Shown here: positions 20,177 to 28,145 of the stretch, piece after piece | How the letters are laid out: every line of letters begins with the position of its first letter | How positions within the stretch are numbered: position 1 is the stretch's first letter | From: Candidatus Omnitrophota bacterium | GTDB lineage: Bacteria > Omnitrophota > Gorgyraeia > Aquiviventales > JACQRC01 | DNA length: 61,428 nt | Assembly: GCA_016206665.1 (NCBI GenBank) | Contig: JACQRC010000044.1 | Span: 1-61,428, forward strand | Reading direction: 5' to 3' | The notes under the pieces: model-generated | The model's database searches: none | The model's input: only the letters and a program-made list of their open reading frames with translations | Told to the model about the DNA's origin: nothing | Made by a program: the position numbers and the translations under genes

Positions 20177-21909
20177 ATGAGTCCCTGAAGAAGCGCCTGT
20201 TGGAGCTCCTGAAGAAGCATCGGCTCGTCTCGTCCGAGGCCATGGAGCGGGCGTTGCAAATTCAGCGCGCGCAAGGTGGCAGCCTCAGCGAGATTCTCGT
20301 CAAGCAAGGCGTCGTCTCCTCCAAGGATCTGATGGGGCTGCTCAGCGCGGAGCTGAACATTCCGCCGATCAACCTGGGCAAGTGCACCCTGGACCCGGAG
20401 GTGGTGAAGCTCGTCCCCGAGCGCCTGGCGCGCCAATATCATGTCGTGCCCATCGCCAAACTGGGTCACACCCTGACCGTGGCCATGGCCGATCCCATGA
20501 ACATCTTCGCGCTCGACGACCTGAAGATGCTGACCAAGTTTGAGATCGACCCGGTCCTGGCGGCGGATGAGGACATCATGAAGACCCTCGGCGGCATCTA
20601 TGGTCAGGAACGCGAGGGGATGACCGCCCTCGTCGAAGAGCATGCCAGCGATGCCGAGGAGGATGCGGAGGGGCTGCCCGTCGCGGCGGTGTCGGAGGAC
20701 GAATCGGCGACCAATGTTGATCAGATCACCACGGAGTCGGCCCGGGCGCCCATCGTCAAGATGGTCGACCTGATGCTCGCGGAGGCGCTCAAGAAGCGGG
20801 CCTCCGACATCCATATCGAGCCCTACGAAACCCAGGTGCGCGTGCGGTACCGGGTCGACGGCAATCTCCAGGTGGCCTTCATCGTGCCCAAGAAAAACCA
20901 AAACGCCGTGCTGGCGCGCCTGAAGATCATGTCCCGGTTGGATATCACCGAAAACCGCCTGCCCCAGGACGGGCGGTTCAAGATCCATTTTGAAAACCGC
21001 GAGATCGATTTCCGGGTGTCGGCGCTGCCGGTCACGCATGGCAACAAGGTCGTCCTGCGGGCCCTCGACAAGCAAAACCTCTCGATGGGATTGGACAAGT
21101 TGGGGATGCTCCCGGAGCCGATCGCGCACTTCAAGGAGGCGGTCGCCCGGCCCTTCGGCATGATTTTAGTGACCGGTCCGACCGGCAGCGGCAAGTCCAC
21201 CACCCTCTATTCGGTTCTCAATCAGTTGAACTCCACGGAGCGCAACATCGTGACCATTGAGGATCCGGTGGAGTATCAATTGGAAGGCACCACGCAGATT
21301 CAGGTGCTGCCCGAGATCGGCCTCACCTTCGCCAACGGCCTGCGTTCCATTCTGCGCCAGACGCCGGACATCATCATGGTGGGGGAGATTCGTGACGGCG
21401 AGACCGCCGACATCGCGGTGAAGGCCTCCCTGACCGGCCAGCTCGTGTTGAGCACGCTGCACACCAATGACGCGCCCGGGGCGCTCACCCGGCTCGCGGA
21501 CATGGGGGTCGAGCCCTTTCTCATCGCCTCGAGTCTGATCATGGTGGCGGCCCAGCGCCTCACCCGGAAGATCTGCACGAACTGCCGGGAAGCCTATGAC
21601 GTGCCCAAGGACGTGTTGGAGCGCGTCGGATTCACGACGGCGATGCTCAAGCAGCCGCCCGCCTTCTTCCGCGCCAAGGGCTGCCTCAAATGCAACAAGA
21701 CCGGCTACCACGGACGCATGGGGACGCTCGAGACGCTCACCCTGGATGATAAAATTCGTGATATGCTGGTCGGAGGAGCCTCCAGCGATGAGATCAAAAC
21801 CTACGCCCGCGGCCAGGGGATGGAGACGCTGCGGGAAAATGCGCTCCGGCAGTTTGCGCTCGGGATGACGACGCTGGAGGAGGTCCTCCGCGTCACGGCG
21901 GAGGAGTGA
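20173..21909 (+). CDS. pilB: Type IV pilus extension ATPase (PilB/GspE family), paralog 2
   Basis: ASDIHIEP, RLPQDGRF, GPTGSGKST, LRQTPDIIMVGEIRD, STLHTNDA, CxxC..CxxC. Confidence 0.93.
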   Translation: MNESLKKRLLELLKKHRLVSSEAMERALQIQRAQGGSLSEILVKQGVVSSKDLMGLLSAELNIPPINLGKCTLDPEVVKLVPERLARQYHVVPIAKLGHTLTVAMADPMNIFALDDLKMLTKFEIDPVLAADEDIMKTLGGIYGQEREGMTALVEEHASDAEEDAEGLPVAAVSEDESATNVDQITTESARAPIVKMVDLMLAEALKKRASDIHIEPYETQVRVRYRVDGNLQVAFIVPKKNQNAVLARLKIMSRLDITENRLPQDGRFKIHFENREIDFRVSALPVTHGNKVVLRALDKQNLSMGLDKLGMLPEPIAHFKEAVARPFGMILVTGPTGSGKSTTLYSVLNQLNSTERNIVTIEDPVEYQLEGTTQIQVLPEIGLTFANGLRSILRQTPDIIMVGEIRDGETADIAVKASLTGQLVLSTLHTNDAPGALTRLADMGVEPFLIASSLIMVAAQRLTRKICTNCREAYDVPKDVLERVGFTTAMLKQPPAFFRAKGCLKCNKTGYHGRMGTLETLTLDDKIRDMLVGGASSDEIKTYARGQGMETLRENALRQFALGMTTLEEVLRVTAEE

Positions 21910-21913
21910 GACG

Positions 21914-23125
21914 ATGCCCACCTTCAAATATCTGGCCAAGGAACCGGACGGCAAGAGCATCACGGGACTGCTCGAATCGAAGAGCCAGGCCTCGGCCATC
22001 GAACAGCTGCGGGCCAAGCAGCTCATCATCATCTCGGTCGAGCAGGCGCGCGCCGGCGGCCTCAAGACCCGCGCCAAAGGCAAGCGGGTCAAGCTGGATG
22101 ATCTGGTCATCTTCTCGCGCCAGCTGGCGACCATGGTCGACAGCGGCATTCCGCTGGTGCAGGCCCTCGACATCCTCTACGAGCAGATGGAGAACAGGCA
22201 GTTTCGGGATGTGATTGGCAAGGCCCGGCAGGACATCGAAGCGGGCTCGAGCCTCTCCGAGGCCTTTGCCAAGCATCCGCGGATCTTCTCCGCCCTCTAT
22301 GTGAGCATGGTCAAGGCGGGCGAGACGAGCGGCCTGTTAGATGACATCCTGGATCGGCTGGCCGGCTATTTGGAGAAATCGAACGCCCTGCAGCGCAAGG
22401 TCAGATCCGCCATGGTCTACCCGGCCGTGGTCATCTCCATGGCGCTGCTGATCACCATGCTGTTAGTGCTGAAGGTCGTGCCGACCTTCAAAGGGATCTT
22501 CGACACCCTGGGCGGCCAGCTGCCGCTGCCCACACGGGTGCTCATCGGGATCAGCGATTTTCTGCGCCACTACTTCTTCATCTGGTTTGGGGGGGTGGTG
22601 TTAGGCGTGGGCGGCTTGATGCGTTTTGTGCGCACCGAACAGGGCAAGGGGCTCTACGACCGATTCATCCTCAAGGCCCCGGTCATTGGGAGCCTGGTCC
22701 AGAAGGTGTCGATCGCCAAATTCGCCCGCACGCTCGCGACCCTCGTGAAGAGCGGCGTGCCCATCATCGGCAGCTTGGACATCGTGGCCAAGACCTCCGG
22801 CAACCGGGTGGTCGAGAAGGCGCTCGTCGAGGTGCGCACCTACATCCGGGAAGGGGAGTCAATCGCGGAGCCGTTGTCCCGCTGCCCGGTTTTTCCGCCG
22901 ATGGTCGTCCGCATGATCGGCGTGGGCGAGCAGACGGGCGAGCTGGAAAAGATGCTCACCAAGATTGCCGATTTCTATGAGGAGCAGGTGGACGCGTCGG
23001 TCGCCGGATTGACCAGCATCCTGGAGCCGCTCATCATCGCCTTTTTGGGCGTGGTCATCGGCGGCATCGTCCTGGCCATGTTCATGCCCATCTTCAAGTT
23101 GACCACGATCGTCGGCGGACAGTAA
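21914..23125 (+). CDS. pilC: Type IV pilus platform protein (PilC/GspF)
   Basis: FSRQLATMVDSGIPL, AGETSG, AMVYP, LPLPT, GEQTGEL, LEPLII. Confidence 0.95.
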   Translation: MPTFKYLAKEPDGKSITGLLESKSQASAIEQLRAKQLIIISVEQARAGGLKTRAKGKRVKLDDLVIFSRQLATMVDSGIPLVQALDILYEQMENRQFRDVIGKARQDIEAGSSLSEAFAKHPRIFSALYVSMVKAGETSGLLDDILDRLAGYLEKSNALQRKVRSAMVYPAVVISMALLITMLLVLKVVPTFKGIFDTLGGQLPLPTRVLIGISDFLRHYFFIWFGGVVLGVGGLMRFVRTEQGKGLYDRFILKAPVIGSLVQKVSIAKFARTLATLVKSGVPIIGSLDIVAKTSGNRVVEKALVEVRTYIREGESIAEPLSRCPVFPPMVVRMIGVGEQTGELEKMLTKIADFYEEQVDASVAGLTSILEPLIIAFLGVVIGGIVLAMFMPIFKLTTIVGGQ

Positions 23126-23138
23126 ACCCTGATCCGCC

Positions 23139-23167
23139 TTGACGCGTGGGGTGGGGGGTGTTATACT
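23139..23167 (+). promoter_or_regulatory. sigma70-type promoter
   Basis: TTGACG-17 nt-TATACT with an extended -10 TG. Confidence 0.75.
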
Positions 23168-23185
23168 TGAAAGTGATAAGACAGT

Positions 23186-23297
23186 TGGCTCCCGTACCAA
23201 GGGCTAACCTCGAGCAATCGGGGGGCGCAAAGCCACAGACCCCACCGCTTTGCTTCGCAAAGCGAAGCAGTGGGGTGGCTGGGTTGCCGTTGAGCCA
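23186..23297 (+). promoter_or_regulatory. Cyclic di-GMP-I (GEMM) riboswitch aptamer
   Basis: P1 TGGCTC/GAGCCA; GGGCTAACC-TCGA-GCAA-TCGG-GG-GGCGCAAAGCCACAGACC...GGTGGCTGGGTTGCC matches the family consensus. Confidence 0.88.
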
Positions 23298-23307
23298 GAC
23301 GCACTCG

Positions 23308-23343
23308 ACGGCTACGGGAAACAGTCCCGTAGCCGATTTTGTT
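23308..23343 (+). terminator. Terminator hairpin, likely riboswitch expression platform
   Basis: CGGCTACGGGA-AACAG-TCCCGTAGCCG-ATTTTTGTT; competing GCCGTTGAG/CTCGACGGC helix overlaps both aptamer and terminator. Confidence 0.75.
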
Positions 23344-23355
23344 GGAGGCCGGAGC

Positions 23356-23868
23356 ATGATGCGTATGTCTCAGCGCCAGCGAAGGCGCACCCCCCATATG
23401 CTCGGCTTTTCATTGGCCGAGGTGGTGGTGACGATCGGCATCCTGGCCCTGGCGCTGAGCGGCATCATGGTGGCTTTTGTGGGGGCGGCCGCCTTGAACG
23501 AGGATTCCGAGATGTTGAGCAAGGCGCTCGATACAGGCATGGCGCAGATCGAAGCCACGCGCCTGGCCGCCATCAATAATTTCGGCGCCGTGGTGCCCGG
23601 GACGACCTTCTTTACCATCCCGGGGCCTGCCAGCGCGCCGAACGCCTATGCGGCGACGAGCCGGGGGGTGCTGACCGTGACCGCGGCTCCGGCGGGCAGC
23701 TTCTACTACGTCATCACCGCCAAGGTCTGCTGGCAGGGGCGGGCCGGTCGCAGCATGGGGGAGGACCGGAATCTCAACGGCACGCTGGATGGGGGCGAGG
23801 ATACGAACGGCGACGGCCAGCTCACTTGCCCGGTGGACCTGGTGACGACCGTGGCACGGAGAAACTGA
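23356..23868 (+). CDS. Minor pilin (PilV-like)
   Basis: GGAGG RBS; basic leader, G|FSLAEVVV prepilin motif; GEDRNLNGTLDGGEDTNGDG loop. Confidence 0.85.
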   Translation: MMRMSQRQRRRTPHMLGFSLAEVVVTIGILALALSGIMVAFVGAAALNEDSEMLSKALDTGMAQIEATRLAAINNFGAVVPGTTFFTIPGPASAPNAYAATSRGVLTVTAAPAGSFYYVITAKVCWQGRAGRSMGEDRNLNGTLDGGEDTNGDGQLTCPVDLVTTVARRN

Positions 23869-23905
23869 TAGCGCCACATCTTTTTTAAACATGTTAAGAA
23901 AGTCC

Positions 23906-23934
23906 TTGACAGGAAGAGCAATTTTCTGTAAATA
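23906..23934 (+). promoter_or_regulatory. Probable sigma70 promoter of the major pilin
   Basis: AT-rich upstream region, TTGACA-17 nt-TAAATA. Confidence 0.55.
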
Positions 23935-24162
23935 AGTAGCAGGAACGAAGAAAGTAAAGGGAAGGAGGTGGGAGCCGCACACCACACCGCCTGCGGCATC
24001 GGGTCGCAGCGCGCAGGACAACTGAAGTAGAAACCTTGAGCTGGAAGGCGGGAGCAGGCAGTCTGAAGCGTCATCCTCGTGCGTCTTATCCTTCAGAGGC
24101 ACCTGCTCCTGACACCGTAACATCCTTCAGCTCAACAGAATTAACCTAAGGAGGACTCATCC

Positions 24163-24678
24163 ATGTTGCGACGTAACCGCAAGGGCTTCACGCTGGTGGA
24201 GCTCATGATTGTGGTCGCGATCATTGCCTTGTTAGTCGCGATTGCCATTCCCAACCTGCTCCGCGCGCGTCTGAACGCCAACAGCTCGGCCGCCATCGGG
24301 ATGCTGCGCACTCTGCAGACCGCGATGGAGAGCTTCCGCGCAGCGCAGAATGCGCCGACCTACCCTGTGTTGGCTGCTGGAGCCATCGGGGCGGTCGGTA
24401 CCGCGCTCACGCTGCAGGGGGAACTACCGCCGTACGTGTCCGGATTTACCGTGGCGACCGCTGCGGCCGCTCCGTACGAGTGGGACCGTTCAGGGTATAC
24501 GTTTGGGTGTGCTGGCGCGTTGAACACCTACCAGTGCCGGGCGACGCCAACTGTGCAGGGCACGACCGGAGTTGACGCATACTGTGTTGATGAACAGGGC
24601 GTGATTATGGTCACCGTCAACGCGGCTCTCGGCGCTCCCGTCACGCCTGGAGCCTGCCCGGGTGTGCCGAAGCAATAA
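24163..24678 (+). CDS. pilA: Probable major type IV pilin
   Basis: TAAGGAGG RBS; RKG|FTLVELMIVVAIIALLVAIAIPN; four C-terminal Cys; own promoter. Confidence 0.8.
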   Translation: MLRRNRKGFTLVELMIVVAIIALLVAIAIPNLLRARLNANSSAAIGMLRTLQTAMESFRAAQNAPTYPVLAAGAIGAVGTALTLQGELPPYVSGFTVATAAAAPYEWDRSGYTFGCAGALNTYQCRATPTVQGTTGVDAYCVDEQGVIMVTVNAALGAPVTPGACPGVPKQ

Positions 24679-24782
24679 GCGGCGACCGAGCATCGCTTAG
24701 GTTAGGATGAACAGTCAGAGGGGGAGGAAGACTCGTGGACGCTGTCCTCGAGGATTCCTCCCCCTGTCGTTTTGAGGAGGCG

Positions 24783-25271
24783 ATGAGCGGCACAGGGCCC
24801 AGGCGTAGGGGTGGGTTTACGCTGGTGGAGATGATGGTGGTGGTGGCGGTCATCGCGACGATCATCGCCATCGCCATTCCGTCGTTTCTCACCTCGCGCA
24901 TGCAGGCCAATGAGTCCACCGCCGTCGCCAACGTGACCACCATGCGCAACGCGTGTCAGACCTATTATTCGCAGAAGAGCCCGCATGCGTACCCCGGCGA
25001 TCTGACGGAGTTAGCCCTGCCGAAGATCAGCCCGCCCTATCTGGACCAGGGCTTGGCAGGCGTCGGCAGCACGAATCCCGGCGGGGCGAGTGAGCGGGAG
25101 GGATATCTGTTTACCTATGCCAAGCAAACCGATGATGCGTTTGAGTTGGAAGCGAGGCCCAAGGCCTACGGCCTGACCGGGCGCAAGAGTTTTTATTCGA
25201 ATCAGACGAGCATCATCACCGCCACCACGGACGATCGTTCGGCGACGGCCAATGACCCTCAGATCCAATGA
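24783..25271 (+). CDS. Type IV pilin-like protein
   Basis: GAGGAGG RBS; RRRGG|FTLVEMMVVVAVIATIIAIAIP; GYLFTY, TGRKSFY. Confidence 0.88.
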   Translation: MSGTGPRRRGGFTLVEMMVVVAVIATIIAIAIPSFLTSRMQANESTAVANVTTMRNACQTYYSQKSPHAYPGDLTELALPKISPPYLDQGLAGVGSTNPGGASEREGYLFTYAKQTDDAFELEARPKAYGLTGRKSFYSNQTSIITATTDDRSATANDPQIQ

Positions 25272-25725
25272 GGCATCAGGATCGGGCAGCAACACCGGGC
25301 TGACGCTCTTTGAACTGATCATCGCGCTGGCGATCTTTGTGGTATCGATCGGCAGCCTCGTGGTGGCGCAGGACGGCTGCCTGGCCCTGGCGGAAGGGGC
25401 GCGGAACACGACCATCGGCCTCAACCTGGCGCGGGAGAAAGCCGAGGAGATTCGCGCGGTGGCGTTCGGCAACGTGCCGGCCTATGACGGGCAGACCTTT
25501 ACCCTGGCGGCATGGGGCGCGCCGCATCGAGGCGTGGTGCGCGTCGTCACGACCGACCCCGCGCTGTTGGAGATTTACATCAGCGTCTCCTGGCGGCAGC
25601 GCGGCAATCGGGTGGTGGGCGAAGACACGAATTTGAACGGGGTACCCGATGCCGGCGAGGACGCCAATGGCAACGGCCGGCTCGATTCACCCGCCAGCCT
25701 GGTGACGCTGCGGTCGGACCTGTAG
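25252..25725 (+). CDS. Minor pilin (PilV-like, paralog of 23356-23868)
   Basis: G|LTLFELIIALAI; VSWRQRG..GEDTNLNGVPDAGEDANGNGRLDSP; start uncertain. Confidence 0.82.
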   Translation: MTLRSNEASGSGSNTGLTLFELIIALAIFVVSIGSLVVAQDGCLALAEGARNTTIGLNLAREKAEEIRAVAFGNVPAYDGQTFTLAAWGAPHRGVVRVVTTDPALLEIYISVSWRQRGNRVVGEDTNLNGVPDAGEDANGNGRLDSPASLVTLRSDL

Positions 25726-25753
25726 ACGCCAAGACGCCAAGACGTGAGGGCAG

Positions 25754-26308
25754 ATGCAGTGTCGTGGAGCGCAGAGAACCTGGCGCGCGGGGTTTTCGCT
25801 GACCGAGGTGATGGTCGGCATGGGCGTGTTGATCCTGCTGCTCGGGGGCATCTATATCGTGGTGCTCGCGGGGCAGCGTTCCTATGATGTGGGGGACACG
25901 CGGATCCGGGTCAATCAGGAGGCGCGGCGCGCGCTCGATGCGATGGCCAAGGAGCTGCGCACCGCGGGGCGGGCTTCGATCCTCTTCACCGATGGCGACG
26001 CCGACGCCTTGCTGGATCCCGGCGACAGCTTGGCCTTCAGCGTCGTGACTGGGATGGTGGGCGGCGTCCAACAGCTCTCTACGCTCATCGTGTACAGCCT
26101 GGGCGGCGTGAACAACCTGCAGTTGCTGCGCACGCAGGACGGGGTGAGCCGGGTGCTGGCCAACGACGTGCAACAGGTGAGCTATCAGCCCACGCCCGCG
26201 GTGGGGTTGCCCACCACGGCGACGCTGGTGATCCTCACGCGGCGGTCGTCGCTCGCCGGGCAGAGCCTGAGCGAACAGCTGCAGTCGCAGGTCTTCTTTC
26301 GCAATTAA
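25754..26308 (+). CDS. Minor pilin (PilW-like)
   Basis: AG|FSLTEVMVGMGV; QEARRALDAMAKELR; RVLANDV. Confidence 0.82.
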   Translation: MQCRGAQRTWRAGFSLTEVMVGMGVLILLLGGIYIVVLAGQRSYDVGDTRIRVNQEARRALDAMAKELRTAGRASILFTDGDADALLDPGDSLAFSVVTGMVGGVQQLSTLIVYSLGGVNNLQLLRTQDGVSRVLANDVQQVSYQPTPAVGLPTTATLVILTRRSSLAGQSLSEQLQSQVFFRN

Positions 26309-26402
26309 GGACGTGTGTGGCGGGAGTACCTCGTGGCTCCAGCCGGGATGTCGCGCGGTGAGGCGCTTAGAGTGCACCGGGCGGCAGAAAGGGGTGGAGC
26401 AA

Positions 26403-27581
26403 ATGGACGGAAAAGAGTTGGGCGCCAAGCACTCAGTGCATTCGACTTCGCTCAGCACTGACCCTGAGCGAGCGAAGCGAGTCGAAGGGTCAGCACTAAG
26501 CACTAAGAAGGCTGCGGAGCGCGGTATTGCGCTGGTGAGCGCCTATCTCGGGGCGATGATCCTGCTCGCGTCGGGCGCCGTCTTCATCACGCGCAGTGTC
26601 ACCGAGAGCCGGGCCGCCCTGCGCGCCCGCGATAGCGAGCAGGCCCTGCACTTGGCCGATGCGGCCGTGGCACGGACCGGCAAGGAGCTGGCCGCCAACT
26701 TCAATTGGAACAACGGCGGGGTGCCGCTCGTGGCGACGCTGGGGCCTGGGCAGTACGAGGTGCAATCAGTCGTGAACGGGCCGGGCGCCGATGAGCGCAC
26801 CGCCACCGTCGTGGGCTACATCCCCAACCGCGCGGCCCCCGAGCTGCAGCGCAAGGTGGAGGCGGTGGTGCGACAGCGCATCCCGCCGAACTTCTATGAC
26901 TACGCGCTCTACTCGGCTGGGGAGATCGACTTAAACGGCAACGCCTATGACGTGAACGGCGACATCATCGCCGGCGATCAGGACCCCATCACCAACACCG
27001 ACAACGTGTCGGGCACGATCACCACCGACCCGACCATCAGCCCGCTCGCCAAGCTGAGCTTCTCGCAGCTGTACGACTGGGCGGCGGCGCAGGGCCATGT
27101 CTACGACGCGGCCCGGCTGGCCAACGTCAAGACGACCGATCCGTTTCCGAGCTCCTTCTGGTGCGGCGGCGCGCAGGTGATTATTCCGCCGGCGCCTCCA
27201 GGATGCGAGGATCCGAGCAATCCGGGCGTTGCGATGCCGAATGTCGTGTATGTCACGACAGATCTGGCGCTCAACGGGAACATCGGGACGATCGGCGGGT
27301 TTTACGTGGTGGTCGGGGACGTCCTCTCGAATCCCAACGGCGACCCCAACGACACCACGATCAACGGCAACGGCCAGATTGACGGCGTCATCTACACGAC
27401 CGGGGAGTTCCGGGTCAACGGTGGCGCCGGCGGGCTGAATGTGGAGGGCGGCGTGTGGGCCGGCACACAAGCGCGCTTGAATGGCAATGCCACGGTGACG
27501 TATAATAGCACCTACATGGACGCCATCCAGGCCATGAACATCAACGCGTCCGTGCAACTGGTGCTGTGGCGCGAATTATAG
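26403..27581 (+). CDS. PilX-like tip pilin with Gly/Asn-rich C-terminal domain
   Basis: GGAG RBS before ATG 26403; ERG|IALV without Glu5, QALHLADAAV; repeated xNGN segments. Confidence 0.75.
   Translation: MDGKELGAKHSVHSTSLSTDPERAKRVEGSALSTKKAAERGIALVSAYLGAMILLASGAVFITRSVTESRAALRARDSEQALHLADAAVARTGKELAANFNWNNGGVPLVATLGPGQYEVQSVVNGPGADERTATVVGYIPNRAAPELQRKVEAVVRQRIPPNFYDYALYSAGEIDLNGNAYDVNGDIIAGDQDPITNTDNVSGTITTDPTISPLAKLSFSQLYDWAAAQGHVYDAARLANVKTTDPFPSSFWCGGAQVIIPPAPPGCEDPSNPGVAMPNVVYVTTDLALNGNIGTIGGFYVVVGDVLSNPNGDPNDTTINGNGQIDGVIYTTGEFRVNGGAGGLNVEGGVWAGTQARLNGNATVTYNSTYMDAIQAMNINASVQLVLWREL
26433..26493. repeat. Family A palindromic element, copy 5, in frame inside the PilX-like leader
   Basis: TCAG-TGCA-TTCGACTTCGCTCAG-CACTGACCC-TGAGCG...GAGTCGAA-GGG-TCAG; 57 nt between TCAG direct repeats. 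Confidence 0.88.
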
Positions 27582-27583
27582 AC

Positions 27584-27681
27584 CACGAAAACACGAAAGC
27601 CCACGGAAACACGAAAATTACGATCGTTCGTTTCGTGTTTTCGTGAGGGCGGTACATAGGCAGCAGCTTCGTGTTTTCGTG
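27584..27681. repeat. Inverted array of CACGAAAA-type short repeats
   Basis: CACGAAAACACGAAA twice forward (one variant) and TTCGTGTTTTCGTG twice reverse. Confidence 0.82.
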
Positions 27682-27698
27682 CGCATAAGGAGGCGAGC

Positions 27699-28145
27699 TT
27701 GAGCGAGGCACCCGAACGCGGCCGGTTCCGGCGCAGGCATTATCTGGTCAACAAAGAGTTTCAGATCCGGTTCACCCGCAACATCATCTCCTACATGATG
27801 TTAGTGGTGTTAGTGGCCTCCGGCGTCGTCTACTTCGCCTTCTGGTATACCATCAACAAGTTAGGCATTGTTCTCGACGAGCTGATCGTCGCCATCTTCG
27901 TCTCGGTCGGCGTGGCGCTCATGGCCGAGGCGATCTTTGTGCTGCCGCTCGTTGTGGTGGCCTCCATCTTTCTCACGCACACGGTGGCCGGGCCGTTAGT
28001 GCGCATCAAGCGGGTGCTCTCCCAGATGGGGCAGGGCAACTTCTCCCAGCGCATTTCGCTGCGCAAGGGCGATGAGTTAGGCGACCTGGCCGAGACGGTC
28101 AACCAGCTGGCGCAGGATTTAGAGCGCCGGCAGGGTCACCCATAG
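27699..28145 (+). CDS. Small two-TM HAMP-only protein
   Basis: TAAGGAGG RBS, TTG start; RRHYLVNKEFQ, two TM helices, THTVAGPL..LRKGDELGDLAETVN. Confidence 0.8.
   Translation: MSEAPERGRFRRRHYLVNKEFQIRFTRNIISYMMLVVLVASGVVYFAFWYTINKLGIVLDELIVAIFVSVGVALMAEAIFVLPLVVVASIFLTHTVAGPLVRIKRVLSQMGQGNFSQRISLRKGDELGDLAETVNQLAQDLERRQGHP

Noticed and set aside
14680-23297. Riboswitches as 3',3'-cGAMP-sensing GEMM-Ib variants
   Set aside because: By my alignment both have G at the position equivalent to Vc2 G20, which favours c-di-GMP; not excluded without a binding assay.
23146-23355. N-terminal extensions of track ORFs at 23146, 26313, 29251 and 56032
   Set aside because: They run through promoters, a riboswitch or repeats; better starts with an RBS or family-typical N-terminus lie downstream.
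24718-24768. Hairpin between the first two pilins as a terminator
   Set aside because: Imperfect stem with no U-tract; it may tune downstream expression but cannot be called.
27584-27681. Possible CRISPR array
   Set aside because: Units are too short, partly inverted, lack regular unique spacers, and no cas genes are present.
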